Shown piece after piece: positions 37,703 through 48,502 of a stretch of 64,000 bases of DNA; the first letter of the stretch is position 1; every line of letters starts with the position of its first letter. Source of the stretch: an uncultured delta proteobacterium (lineage in GTDB: Bacteria > Desulfobacterota > Binatia > UBA9968); NCBI GenBank assembly GCA_963816145.1, contig CAWFJP010000001.1, forward strand, positions 288,001-352,000, given 5' to 3'. The notes beneath the pieces were generated by a model. It did no database searches. It was given only the letters and a program-made list of their open reading frames with translations, and was not told where the DNA came from. The translations under genes were made by a program, and so were the position numbers.

Positions 37703-38731
37703 CTACTCAGAAAGCAGTTTCTTCATCCGATCGGTAATCTCCTTGGGTTGGGAAACGATCTCTTTCGCCAGCGCTTCCAACTGCTCGCCATAATCGGGAT
37801 CGATCTCAAACTTGCGCGCCTTGACGTCGGCCAAGAAACCAGGGTCAGCCATGGTCTGGCGAAAGGCGTCGCGCAGGATCTTCAAACGATCGGCCGGAAT
37901 CGACGGCGGCGTGATAAACGGCCGGCCGAGATCCCCCGAGGCGAGTATCGCCACGACCAGCGCGCGAGTCGACGCCGGCGTTTTATACTCCGTCATTAGC
38001 TCATGAATTGTCGGCACCTCGGCCATCTTCGGGTCGCGCTTGCGGCCGGTTTGCAACAGGATGCGCACCATATTTTTCTTGCGCCAGGTGGTAAATGGCT
38101 CGCGCGCGAAAAAAGTCGGGATGCTCAGCGCGCGGCAAACCACCTCGCCGCGCTCGAAGGCCAAGTCCTGCTCCGAACCGCCCTGATAGCCCATGACGAC
38201 ATTGAACTTTGCGCCGAACGCTTCTTCGAGAAGCTTGGGAATGAAATGGCCGCTGGTACCGCTGCTCGTCGCCGAACACTTGGGGGCCTCCTTGGCCTTG
38301 CGGACATCGTCAATACTCTTGTACGGCGTGGTCGTGCTCATGTAAAACAGCCATGGCGTATTCTCCGTCGAACCGACCCAGCCAAACTTGCCCCAATCGA
38401 ACTTCACCTCTTTCTTGCCGATCACTTGATCGAGATAAAGCGACGGTCCGATGGCAGCCATCGTCAGCCCGTCCGGTTTGGCAACGTTGTAAATATTGTT
38501 CGCCGCGATCATCGACCCGGCGCCGGGAGTGTTGACGACCATGAAGTTGGGATTGCCGGGAATATGCTTGCCCATATGCGCCGCCAAGAGGCGCGCCCAG
38601 ATGTCATATCCATCGCCCGCTTGATAGCCGACAACGATCGTCACCGTCTTATTCTGGTAGAACGGCGCCTGGGCCTGGACGCTAGCCCGTGAGACAAAAA
38701 TCATTATCAAACCAAGAATCAATTTGTGCAT
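37703..38731 (-). CDS. Tripartite tricarboxylate transporter (Bug/TctC) substrate-binding protein
   Basis: FYQNKTVTIVVGYQAGDGYD, HIPGNP, PGAGSMIAAN, KPDGLT, GYQGGSEQDLAFERGEV. Confidence 0.85.
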   Translation of the reverse strand: MHKLILGLIMIFVSRASVQAQAPFYQNKTVTIVVGYQAGDGYDIWARLLAAHMGKHIPGNPNFMVVNTPGAGSMIAANNIYNVAKPDGLTMAAIGPSLYLDQVIGKKEVKFDWGKFGWVGSTENTPWLFYMSTTTPYKSIDDVRKAKEAPKCSATSSGTSGHFIPKLLEEAFGAKFNVVMGYQGGSEQDLAFERGEVVCRALSIPTFFAREPFTTWRKKNMVRILLQTGRKRDPKMAEVPTIHELMTEYKTPASTRALVVAILASGDLGRPFITPPSIPADRLKILRDAFRQTMADPGFLADVKARKFEIDPDYGEQLEALAKEIVSQPKEITDRMKKLLSE

Positions 38732-38782
38732 AGAATTCCTCTCCGTTTTCCGAACTCGCGCCTGCCGCCTCAAGCCTCGCGC

Positions 38783-39142
38783 CTAACTCATCCACCGATC
38801 AATTTTTTCATCGCTTCCAGTGACTTGCGCCAGATAGAGCCCGGGAGAAAATGTTCCCATGGTCAAGCCGTCGGGCTTGGCGACGTTGTCGATATAATTC
38901 GCCGCCACCATCGAACCGGCGCCGGTGATATTCTGGACAATGAAAGTCGGATTGCCGGGAATATGTTTGCCCATGTGGCGCGCATAGGCGCGCGCCCAAA
39001 GATCGTGGCTATCGCCGGATTGGTAGTCGACGACGAACTTGATGGTCTTACCCTGATAGAAATTCGCTTGGCCCGGCGAATCAGGCGGTGACAGTCCGAG
39101 CAGTAGTCCAATCAGCGTGACGCCGATGACTATGCGGGTCAT
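38783..39142 (-). pseudogene. Internally deleted paralog of the adjacent Bug/TctC protein
   Basis: First ~108 aa mirror the neighbour (HMGKHIPGNP, GAGSMVAAN, AKPDGLT); an out-of-frame EAMKKLIGG-stop resembles the neighbour's DRMKKLLSE end. Confidence 0.7.
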
Positions 39143-39300
39143 AGGTTGAAAAGTCGCCGATAATTTTCGGTTGCAATCGATTGGCGCATCTCGAAGTCAA
39201 CAAAGTGGTAGGGCACAGAGTACTCCTTAAGAATAAATATTTGCCGCGCACAGCGATGCTATCTTAGGTCGAGTGACGTGGAGAGCCAACCGACAGAGTT

Positions 39301-39380
39301 GATTGGAGTGATGGAGCGAAGGCGTAGTGGAATTCAAGAAACCCATCAATCCACGACTCCATCACTCCATTACTCCAGTC
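39301..39380. repeat. Family C palindromic element
   Basis: GATTGGAGTGATGGAG...CCACGACTCCATCACTCCATTACTCCAGTC. Confidence 0.75.
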
Positions 39381-39389
39381 CGTGCCTAT

Positions 39390-40853
39390 CTACTTCGCCG
39401 GTGGCTTTTTTGCCGCTGACGGGTCTTTGCCGATCGCCTTCATCAGCTCGACGTAGGGCACGATGTTGCCGTGAATCGGCAAAATCCGCTCGACCTCGAG
39501 ATTGAGTCGGCGCACGTTGGCTTCCAGGTTAACCGAATAAGGATTGGGGGTTTTGGGTATGCCGAAAGGTGAAAAGACGTCCGCCTCGACTAACAGTTTT
39601 TCCTTGCGCAAGTACGCCATGACTATTCCGTCATGATGCCCATTGCCAACGATTTGATAGAGCTCCACCGAACGCGCCCCGTCGGTCAAAACCATATTAT
39701 CGCCCATGGTTTGGAAGACCAGTTTCTTCTTTGACTTCGCCAGACGGTCCGGCGCCAAGCTCCAGCTATTTGCTGCCGCGCGCTCGTAGTACGGCCGGTT
39801 CAGTTCATGGGTCACGATAGTGACGCCCTCAGCGGCATAGGCACGGATGCCGCCGGAATGATCGATATGATGATGCGTGTTGACCAGATACTTGATCGGC
39901 TTATTGGCCACAAGTTTTTTGACTTCGCCCATAACGGCCATTGAACGGAGATCGCCCAACGGCGCTTCGACGACGATGAGATAGTCCTTCATCTCGATGA
40001 GGACGCTGTTATAGGAGCCACCGCCAATAAACCAGGTTCCGTCGGCGACTTTTTCCGATTTTACCGTTACCGGCTCGCTGCGGACATTGCCAGGCACTGC
40101 AATGTCCACGGTCGGATTCGCTCTTACGGCAGTTACAGTGACATCGAGAGACGGCAAGCCGTCCTGGTATTGAATGATTTTCGCTGGAAACTTGATGCCG
40201 CCAAAGTCACGGTAGGGCCCATAGTACGTCACGACCTTCATGTCTCCGACGACCGGGTGGCCGTATGACGACTCTACTTTCTCGATGGCGTTTTGATCGT
40301 TCGCATAGGCAACCACTTTAAATTTGCCTTGAACGGTAAACGAGATCACCGCCATTTCCTTTCCTTCGATGGTCCTTTTGGCAACCGTCGCGTTGTTGGC
40401 GAAGGCGGCGCGCACCAGCCCGTGCGGCGAGATTACTAAGGAATGAGCACGCTCGTTGGCATCTTGCGGCGCCGGGACCGCGTCTTTGCCGGATTCGTTC
40501 CAGGCAAGGTCACCGCTCACGAGGGAAATCTGTCGTTGATCGCCTTCGATGGGCTGATAGTCGCCGCCACTCGGCGGGGCTTCGCCTTGGGAACGAACCA
40601 ATTCATCGCGCATGGCACCCGCGGAAAAATCGTAAACCCGCGTCAAGCTCTTGATATACGCCCTGGGGTTAGCCGCCATCGGGCTGGTCGCCTGCCCAAC
40701 GGCCCACATCTTGCCATTGCCGGTGAATTGAAAAGTCTTGGTCGTCGACACGTCGAGCGCATCGGCGATTTGTTGCAGCACCGAATCCGCCGCGCTTGCC
40801 TTAAACCCGGCAAACACAACGAACGCGAGCGCGAGGACAATCCTTTTAAACAT
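39390..40853 (-). CDS. Secreted MBL-fold metallo-hydrolase
   Basis: Signal peptide from ATG 40853 (GGGAGG RBS), VNTHHHIDHSGG, GHHDG, EADVF, PIHG. Confidence 0.85.
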   Translation of the reverse strand: MFKRIVLALAFVVFAGFKASAADSVLQQIADALDVSTTKTFQFTGNGKMWAVGQATSPMAANPRAYIKSLTRVYDFSAGAMRDELVRSQGEAPPSGGDYQPIEGDQRQISLVSGDLAWNESGKDAVPAPQDANERAHSLVISPHGLVRAAFANNATVAKRTIEGKEMAVISFTVQGKFKVVAYANDQNAIEKVESSYGHPVVGDMKVVTYYGPYRDFGGIKFPAKIIQYQDGLPSLDVTVTAVRANPTVDIAVPGNVRSEPVTVKSEKVADGTWFIGGGSYNSVLIEMKDYLIVVEAPLGDLRSMAVMGEVKKLVANKPIKYLVNTHHHIDHSGGIRAYAAEGVTIVTHELNRPYYERAAANSWSLAPDRLAKSKKKLVFQTMGDNMVLTDGARSVELYQIVGNGHHDGIVMAYLRKEKLLVEADVFSPFGIPKTPNPYSVNLEANVRRLNLEVERILPIHGNIVPYVELMKAIGKDPSAAKKPPAK

Positions 40854-40975
40854 ATTAACGCCTCCCGTAGTCTTAGATATTTTCGGCATGCCCGCTGATT
40901 ATTTGCCGGCGACACTACCTGATGACGTTGTTCACTGTCAATGCCGTCTTGGGAGCTTGTGTCCGGCGCCCCAAC

Positions 40976-41533
40976 TTAATCCTTGAAGCGTCCAATCCAC
41001 ACTGCAAACGCATCGAGGAATTTCTTGACATGCTGACGGGTGTTCTCGTCGGTAAGTTTGCCTTCCGCGTCGAACAGCGCTGCCGCCGACGGGATCTTGA
41101 TCTCTGGCTGCGACATCACATGGGTCTCGGTAAATACAAACGACTGGCGCAACGCATGCTGACAGCGGATCGTGCCGCCGAGTCCGGGAGAGCAGCCCAT
41201 GAGCGCCGCGGGCTTGCGATTGAGCACGCACCTGCCCGCCGGCCGCGACGCCCAATCGATGGCGTTTTTCAAAACGCCGGGGACGCCGTAGTTGTATTCC
41301 GGACTGACGATCAGCAGCGCGTCGGCCGCGCCGATAAATTTTTTCATATCGGCTACCGGCTCCGGATCGCCGTTGACGAAGACATCGTCATTGTAGGGCG
41401 GAATATCGCCCAGCCGCGTGTAGATTTGAATCTCCATCCCCGCAGGCGCCAACTCCGGTGCCGCCCGCAGTAAGCCCATATTCATCGACCCTACGCGCAA
41501 ACTCCCACAGATTCCGGCAACTCGAATGGACAT
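40976..41533 (-). CDS. NADPH-dependent FMN reductase (ChrR-like)
   Basis: GSLRVGSMN, SPEYNYGVPGVLKNAIDWASR, SPGLGG. Confidence 0.9.
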   Translation of the reverse strand: MSIRVAGICGSLRVGSMNMGLLRAAPELAPAGMEIQIYTRLGDIPPYNDDVFVNGDPEPVADMKKFIGAADALLIVSPEYNYGVPGVLKNAIDWASRPAGRCVLNRKPAALMGCSPGLGGTIRCQHALRQSFVFTETHVMSQPEIKIPSAAALFDAEGKLTDENTRQHVKKFLDAFAVWIGRFKD

Positions 41534-41610
41534 CCGACCTCCAAACCAAAGATGATCGAGAAATGTATAAGGTGCGAATCGGGGTGGGTCAAGCAGACCG
41601 TGAAGAAATT

Positions 41611-41744
41611 CGGTTCAAAGTTCAAACATGGAACTCAAGACAGCGGGCTGTCCATACGCTCCGATTGAACCCTTGACCTTGAACGCTTGAACCGACCGAT
41701 TCCCGAACGGTTTGAACGTTCTGAACGACTGGAACGATTGGAAC
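41611..41744. repeat. Family E elements (GTTCAA / TTGAAC periodic arms)
   Basis: CGGTTCAAAGTTCAAA...TTGAACCCTTGACCTTGAACGCTTGAACCG, then TTTGAACGTTCTGAACGACTGGAACGATTGGAAC; also at 42302-42322, 45827-45913, 56467-56563, 59482-59518. Confidence 0.7.
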
Positions 41745-41753
41745 TCTTACTCT

Positions 41754-42245
41754 TTAATTCAGATACCCGCTCCCGCCGCCTTCCGCTTCGGCCGCCGCCA
41801 AATTGTAGCGCACCGCATCGAGATGGGGATGAATTTCCAACGCCCGGCGAAAGCAGATCGCCGCCTCGCGAAACTCGCTGACGGTCATATGACAGAGCCC
41901 CTGCCCCGAAGCCGCGCCGAAGTGATGGGGATTGCGCGCCAAAGTCTCTTGGCAGTCAGCGATGGAGCCTCTGAAATTTTCCCGCAGGTAGCGTACCGTC
42001 GCGCGCTTGTTCCAGCCTTCGGCGAACGATGGCGAGCGCTCGATCACTCGATCGAAAAATTCTTCGGCCTCTTCGAGCCGGCGGTTCTGCATCGCGTCGA
42101 CGCCAGCGCGAAACAGCCGGTCCGTTTCTGCATCGCCCGAGCGACACCAAATACCCCACAACATCGCCTCCGCGGTAGCCGCCATTTCGGGATCGTCGCC
42201 CTTTAGCGCTAAGAGCGCTTCTTGTTCATTGGTCGGATAAGACAT
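41754..42245 (-). CDS. Tetratricopeptide repeat protein
   Basis: LWGIWCRSGD, PSFAEGWNKRATVRY, NPHHFGAASGQGLC, RRALEIHP. Confidence 0.85.
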   Translation of the reverse strand: MSYPTNEQEALLALKGDDPEMAATAEAMLWGIWCRSGDAETDRLFRAGVDAMQNRRLEEAEEFFDRVIERSPSFAEGWNKRATVRYLRENFRGSIADCQETLARNPHHFGAASGQGLCHMTVSEFREAAICFRRALEIHPHLDAVRYNLAAAEAEGGGSGYLN

Positions 42246-42321
42246 TCGCTCAAAGTTCAATCTCAAGAATCACGGACAGGGATGAATCCGAACCTCCGCC
42301 TTTGAACCTTGAACCATTGAA

Positions 42322-43005
<684 letters not shown>

Positions 43006-43299
43006 GCGCTCTTCATAGCATAATCAAAACTCCAACACACCCGCTTGCTTCTTTTCTTCGTTCCCCGCCGTGCCGAAACCCCAAGTCAGCAGAAGTGCAT
43101 CGCCGAGGTTCCGAGGACGGAGAAGAATACCGCCAGCGAAAGTTTCACATGCCATGCGCCGACCCGCCAAATCGATCCCGCGCACCATGCCAATGCCCAA
43201 AAGCCCGTCGCCGATTTGGTAATTTTGAATTCCCCACGCTCACCTGGCGACTTTGCAGCGAAGCTTGTATAAGAAAACTCGACCCTTTTTTAGCGGCTA

Positions 43300-44481
43300 A
43301 TGACACCGGCAAGTAACGACACCCTCTGGACCCGCGCTTTTGTCCTGCTCTGCATCGTTCAGTTCTTAGGCTATGCGCAGCATTTCGTCCTGCAACCGAC
43401 ATTACCGATCTACGTGACCCACTTGGGCGCCACTCCATTTGTTGTCGGTTTGGTGATGGCTTCATTCGCCGCGACCAGTATGGTGCTGCGACCTTTCGTG
43501 GGCTACTGGTCGGACCGCTGGAGCGAATCAGGCGTGATGATTTCCGGCCTGCTGATACAAGGCGCGAGCGTGCTGCTCTGCTACCTGCCGTTTATCGGCA
43601 CCACCATGCTCGCCAATAGCTGCCGCGGCGTCGGCTGGGCCAGCGTCAACTCCGGTGGCTACGCCCTGCTCGCGCAAGCCGCGCCGGCGGCACGCCGCGG
43701 CGAAGCATCGGGCTACTACAGCGGCGCCCAGGGCAGCGCGACCATTCTTCTGCCAGCCTTGGCGCTATGGTTGATCGACGCGCCCTTCGGCGGCTTTCAC
43801 GTTGTCTTCGCGGTTTCTATGATCATCGCAGTCAGCGGCGCAGCTCTCGGCCTTTTGCTGCGCCAGCGCGATACAAAGACAGCGCGGCAACAACGCAACT
43901 TCCTCGCTGGTCCGTGGTGGCGCGAGATCGTCAGAATTCCCGACAAGGATATTTTGCTCGCCTCCGGATTACTCTTCGCCTTGCAAGTTTCGCTGCCGGC
44001 CGTCGCCGGTTTCCTGGTCCTCTACGCGCGCCAGTTGGGCATCGAGCATTTCGGTTGGTACTACGTCGCCAGCGGCGCCACCAGCCTGATCGCCCGCCCA
44101 GTGCTCGGCCAGCTTTCCGACAAGATCGGCCGCGGCGCCGCCATCGCCGCCGGATTCATTCTCGAAGCCGCGGCATTTTGCGTCGTGGTGAACGCCACCA
44201 CCCTCGGCGGCATGATCGTCTCAGGCGTGCTTTACATGGCCGGCTCATCAATGGGCACCGCCGCGACGTTAGCCCTTGCGTTGCAGCATGCCAACCCCGC
44301 ACGGCGCGGCCAAGTGATTGCAACTTACTCGATGGCCTACCCGCTCAGCGCCGGCGTCGGCTCCATGCTCGCCGGCGGCGCCATCCAAATCGCCGGTTAC
44401 ACCTGGATGTTCATCTTCATCGCCATGCTCACCCTCCCCGGCCTATGGATCACCTGGAAAAATCGCGCGAGTCTGAAATGA
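43300..44481 (+). CDS. MFS transporter, paralog 1 of 5
   Basis: LWTRAF...PTLPIYV, GYWSDRW, RRGEASGYY, GQLSDKIGR. Confidence 0.9.
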   Translation: MTPASNDTLWTRAFVLLCIVQFLGYAQHFVLQPTLPIYVTHLGATPFVVGLVMASFAATSMVLRPFVGYWSDRWSESGVMISGLLIQGASVLLCYLPFIGTTMLANSCRGVGWASVNSGGYALLAQAAPAARRGEASGYYSGAQGSATILLPALALWLIDAPFGGFHVVFAVSMIIAVSGAALGLLLRQRDTKTARQQRNFLAGPWWREIVRIPDKDILLASGLLFALQVSLPAVAGFLVLYARQLGIEHFGWYYVASGATSLIARPVLGQLSDKIGRGAAIAAGFILEAAAFCVVVNATTLGGMIVSGVLYMAGSSMGTAATLALALQHANPARRGQVIATYSMAYPLSAGVGSMLAGGAIQIAGYTWMFIFIAMLTLPGLWITWKNRASLK

Positions 44482-44513
44482 GGACAAATCCTGCTACCCG
44501 TTTCCGGAGATAC

Positions 44514-44621
44514 TCACCACGAAGGCACGAAGGACACGAAGGGAAGACGAATTCGTTAACATGATTTTCGAAAACTTAATTTTCTTTTCCGACCTTCGTG
44601 ATCTTCGTGCCTTCGTGGTGA
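44514..44621. repeat. Family B palindromic element (8-9 nt period CACGAAG / CTTCGTG arms)
   Basis: TCACCACGAAGGCACGAAGGACACGAAG / CTTCGTGATCTTCGTGCCTTCGTGGTGA. Confidence 0.85.
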
Positions 44622-44635
44622 AGAATTCCTAATCA

Positions 44636-45817
44636 ATGAACGCCACAACCAAAGACACCCTCTGGACGCGCACGTTTGTGCTGCTCTGCACCGCGCAGTT
44701 TTTCGGCTCGTCCCAGCATGCGCTGTTGCAGCCGACCTTTCCGCTCTACATCACGTCGCTCGGCGGCACGCCGTTTCAGGTCGGCCTCGTGCTCGCCTGC
44801 TTCGCGGTCACCAGCGTCGTTTTCCGGCCGATCATCGGCGGCTGGGCCGACCAGTGGTCCGAACCTGGTGTATCGCTTTGCGGCCTAACCTTGCTGTCAC
44901 TTGCAGTCTTGTTCTGTTTGATCCCACTGGCCGGAGCCACCATGTTCGCCAACGCACTACGTGGCATCGGCTGGGCCGCCATGAGCGCCGCCGGTTATTC
45001 CATGCTGGCATTGAGCGCGCCGCCCCAGCGCCGCGGCGAAGCGTCTGGATATTATAGCGGCGTGCAGGCGAGCGGCACGATTTTACTGCCGGCCGTTGCC
45101 ATCTGGCTCATTGGCGCGCCCTTCGGCGGATTTCGCGTGGTCTTCACCGTCGCTTTCACTTTGGCCGCCATTGGCGCGATTGCCGCCTTCGCGCTCAAGC
45201 GTCATATTTCCCCGCGCGCGCAAGATCGCCACGCCGCACCCATGGGTCCTTGGTGGCAAGAAATCTTGAGCGTGCTCGACCGCGAGATCATCCTCGCCTC
45301 GGTCCTATCGTTCATGTCCCATGTCACCTTTCCGGCGGTGGCGAGTTTTTTAGTGCTTTACGCGCGCGAACTAGCTATCAACAACATCGGCTGGTTCTAT
45401 GTCGTTAGCGGCGCCACCAGTATCCTCGCCCGGCCGTTGCTCGGTAAAGTCTCCGACCGCATCGGCCGCGGGCGCGCGCTCTTCGCCTGCTTCATCCTGG
45501 AAACCATCGGCCTGGTGATGCTCGCTTTCGCCGGCAATCTGTTCGCTTTAATTATTTCCGGCGCACTGTATATGATCGGACTCGCCATGAGCAGCTCGAC
45601 CACACTCGCCATCGCCATGGAACAAGCCAAACCCGAGCGGCGCGGCCGCGCCATGGCGACCTTTTCCATCGCCCTGCCGCTCAGCAACGGCGTCGGCGCG
45701 CTGATCTGCGGCAGCCTGGTTCAATGGTTCGGATTTTTCTCAATGTACCTGGTGCTCGCGGCCCTCGCTGGCAGCGGCTTAATGATCACCATCGTCAATC
45801 GGGCAAGGCTGAAGTAG
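44636..45817 (+). CDS. MFS transporter, paralog 2 of 5
   Basis: LWTRTF, RRGEASGYY, GKVSDRIGR, RRGRAMATFS. Confidence 0.9.
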   Translation: MNATTKDTLWTRTFVLLCTAQFFGSSQHALLQPTFPLYITSLGGTPFQVGLVLACFAVTSVVFRPIIGGWADQWSEPGVSLCGLTLLSLAVLFCLIPLAGATMFANALRGIGWAAMSAAGYSMLALSAPPQRRGEASGYYSGVQASGTILLPAVAIWLIGAPFGGFRVVFTVAFTLAAIGAIAAFALKRHISPRAQDRHAAPMGPWWQEILSVLDREIILASVLSFMSHVTFPAVASFLVLYARELAINNIGWFYVVSGATSILARPLLGKVSDRIGRGRALFACFILETIGLVMLAFAGNLFALIISGALYMIGLAMSSSTTLAIAMEQAKPERRGRAMATFSIALPLSNGVGALICGSLVQWFGFFSMYLVLAALAGSGLMITIVNRARLK

Positions 45818-45826
45818 GCGGCGGGG

Positions 45827-45913
45827 CCGTTCAAGGTTCAAGGGTTCAAAAGTTCAAGGATCCCGAAATGCCCTCCAACGTTCTTGACATTGAACCTTTG
45901 AACTCTTGAACGG
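45827..45913. repeat. Family E palindromic element
   Basis: CCGTTCAAGGTTCAAGGGTTCAAAAGTTCAAG / CTTGACATTGAACCTTTGAACTCTTGAACGG. Confidence 0.8.
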
Positions 45914-45925
45914 AATTTCTTTCCC

Positions 45926-47107
45926 ATGACCGACACCATCTGGACCAAGACCTTCATCCTGCTGTGCGCCGCTCAGCTCCTCGGCTACGCGCAGCATTTC
46001 ATGCTCGCGCCGGTGCTGCCGCTTTACATCACGCAGCTTGGCGGTTCGCCGTTCGTCGTTGGCCTGGTTCTTTCCTGCTTTGCCGTGAGCAGCGTGATCG
46101 TGCGCCCGATGGTCGGTCATTGGGCCGACCGCTGGAGCGAGGCGGGAGTGATGATTTCTGGCTTGCTTTTCCAGGCTGCCAGCATCTTTCTCTGCTTTAT
46201 CCCGATGATCCCGGCAACGGCGCTGGCCAACGCTCTGCGCGGCGTCGGTTGGGGCGGGCTCAATACCGGCGGCTATTCGCTGCTGGCGCTGATCGCTCCC
46301 GAATCGCGACGCGGCGCCGCTTCCGGAATGTATAGCGGCGTGCAAAGCTCAGCGCAGATATTATTCCCTCCCGTTGCGCTCTGGCTCCTTTACGCTTCCT
46401 TCGGCGGCTTCGGTCTGGTCTTCATCGCCACCGCGATCTTCTCCGTTGCCGGCGTTGTCGCCGGACTGTTGATGGCCCCTTCCGTGCCTCGTCCGGTGCG
46501 TGCGCACTCGGTCAACCCAAGCCTGCCGTGGTGGCGCGAAATATTTCACTTTATCGAGCCGGAGATATTGCTGCCGTCGATGCTGCTCCTTTGGCTCAAT
46601 GTGTCGCTGCCGGCAATTACGAATTTCATCATTCTCTACGCGCGCGAACTGAAGCTATCGAACTTCAGTGCCTACTTCGTTGTACTCGGCGCGGCCAGTA
46701 TGCTGGGCCGGCCCTTGCTCGGGCGGCTGTCCGACAAAATTGGCCGGGCTCGTTCCGTCGCCAGCGGATTTGTCCTGCAAATCCTCGGGCTCTTGTTGAT
46801 GACCGTCGTTTCCAGCCTCGTCGGCGTCATCATCAGCGGGGTTACTTATATTCTCGGCAACGCTATCGGGAGTTCGACAACACTGGCGCTCGCGGTCGAA
46901 CGCGCGGACCCGAAGCGGCGCGGCAAGCAGATGGCGACGTTCTCGGTCGCCTACCCGTTGAGTTATGGCCTCGGCTCGTTTATCACCGGCAGCGCCATCG
47001 ACATCGCCGGCTACCTCGGTATGTTCTTGCTGCTTGCGGTTATCCAAGTAGCAGGATTGTTTTTCGCGCTGGGAAATGGAAACACCCTGGCTGGCGAGAA
47101 GGGATAA
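45926..47107 (+). CDS. MFS transporter, paralog 3 of 5
   Basis: IWTKTF, GHWADRW, RRGAASG, GRLSDKIGR. Confidence 0.9.
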   Translation: MTDTIWTKTFILLCAAQLLGYAQHFMLAPVLPLYITQLGGSPFVVGLVLSCFAVSSVIVRPMVGHWADRWSEAGVMISGLLFQAASIFLCFIPMIPATALANALRGVGWGGLNTGGYSLLALIAPESRRGAASGMYSGVQSSAQILFPPVALWLLYASFGGFGLVFIATAIFSVAGVVAGLLMAPSVPRPVRAHSVNPSLPWWREIFHFIEPEILLPSMLLLWLNVSLPAITNFIILYARELKLSNFSAYFVVLGAASMLGRPLLGRLSDKIGRARSVASGFVLQILGLLLMTVVSSLVGVIISGVTYILGNAIGSSTTLALAVERADPKRRGKQMATFSVAYPLSYGLGSFITGSAIDIAGYLGMFLLLAVIQVAGLFFALGNGNTLAGEKG

Positions 47108-47199
47108 ACCCAGCCAACCTCAAACTTGGAAGCTTGACCGGAAGCGCGCTGCGAGCCTCAAAACCTGCTCACCGGTACAAATGCAATCGAATCAGTCGA

Positions 47200-48387
47200 A
47201 TGGAAAACCCAGCCAATAAGCGCCCTTCCCTCTGGACCCGCGGCTTTACTTTGCTTTGCCTGGCCGAGTTTCTCGGCTACGCGCAGCACTTTTGTCTGCA
47301 GCCGACCCTGCCGCTTTACGTTACTCACCTCGGCGGCTCGCCGTTCATCGTCGGCCTGGTGATCGCGGCCTTCGGCATCACCAGTGTTATCTCGCGGCCG
47401 ATCATCGGCTACTGGATCGACCGCTGGAGCGACACGGGTATGATGATCCTCGGCATGATCGGCCAGGCGCTCAGCATTTTTTTCTGTTTCATGCCATTGA
47501 ATGGCGCGGTGATTTTCTCCAACGCCCTGCGCGGCATCGGTTGGTCGAGCATGGCCGCCGCCGGTTACACGCTGCTTGCGTCGGCCGCGCCGCAGCAACG
47601 GCGCGGCGAGGCTTCCGGTTATTTTGGCGGCGTTCAGTCCAGCGCGACGATTATATTTCCGGCCATCGCGCTGTGGATTCTCGACGCGCCCGTAGGTGGC
47701 TTCCAAGCGGTTTTTTTCTTCGCCGCGATTTTGGTCGCCGTCGGCGCCGCTGCCGCTTGGGCCTTGTCCACGGTTGCGCCGGGGCGGGCTCATACGCCAC
47801 ACGTCAGCGCCTCGGAGCCATGGTGGCGCGAGATCGTCAATGTCGTGGATCGCCACATACTCGCCGCCGCCTCGTTGATATTTACCTTAAATTTATCGTT
47901 GCCCTGTTTCTCCAGTTTCGTCGTGCTCTACGCGCGCCAATTGGGCATCAGCCATTTCGGCTGGTACTACGTTGCCGTCGGTGTTACCAGCGCGCTCGGG
48001 CGGCCGCTTTTGGGACGGCTATCGGACAAACTCGGCGCCGGCCGCTCGCTTGTGATCGCCTTCGCTTTAGAGAGCGGGGCGCTCTTGCTCATGCCGCTAG
48101 CCACTCATCTCCCGGGGTTAGTCCTATGCGGTGCGCTCTGGTACACCGGCGCCGCCATTGGCGGCGCGCGCACCATGGCGCTGGCCATCGCGCAAGCCCC
48201 GCTGGAGCGGCGCGGCCGGGCGATGGCGAGTTACTCCACCGCGTTGCCGCTGAGCAACGGCCTCGGCGCGCTGATCAGCGGCACCCTGGTCGACTGGGCC
48301 GGCTACCGCTGGATGTACACCGTCGCCGGCCTGCTTTGTTGCGGCGGTTTTATTTTGATCTGGAAGCAATGGGCGAAGTTGAAGTGA
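47200..48387 (+). CDS. MFS transporter, paralog 4 of 5
   Basis: Start at ATG 47200 (MENPANKRPSLWTRGF); RRGEASGYF, GRLSDKLG. Confidence 0.9.
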   Translation: MENPANKRPSLWTRGFTLLCLAEFLGYAQHFCLQPTLPLYVTHLGGSPFIVGLVIAAFGITSVISRPIIGYWIDRWSDTGMMILGMIGQALSIFFCFMPLNGAVIFSNALRGIGWSSMAAAGYTLLASAAPQQRRGEASGYFGGVQSSATIIFPAIALWILDAPVGGFQAVFFFAAILVAVGAAAAWALSTVAPGRAHTPHVSASEPWWREIVNVVDRHILAAASLIFTLNLSLPCFSSFVVLYARQLGISHFGWYYVAVGVTSALGRPLLGRLSDKLGAGRSLVIAFALESGALLLMPLATHLPGLVLCGALWYTGAAIGGARTMALAIAQAPLERRGRAMASYSTALPLSNGLGALISGTLVDWAGYRWMYTVAGLLCCGGFILIWKQWAKLK

Positions 48388-48413
48388 GTCGGATTGAAAT
48401 GCGAAAACCGGGT

Positions 48414-48487
48414 CTCACCACGAAGGCACGAAGGACACGAAGTTGAGAAATATTAATTCTTACCGTCGTGCTCTCCTTCGTGGTGAA
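48414..48487. repeat. Family B palindromic element with degenerate right arm
   Basis: CTCACCACGAAGGCACGAAGGACACGAAG (identical to the 44514 arm) / CGTCGTGCTCTCCTTCGTGGTGAA. Confidence 0.8.
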
Positions 48488-48502
48488 AAACTTCTTGGTC
48501 GC

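Noticed and set aside
46528-47199. N-terminal extension giving a 619-aa MFS protein
   Set aside because: It overlaps paralog 3 in another frame; similarity to the other paralogs begins at ATG 47200
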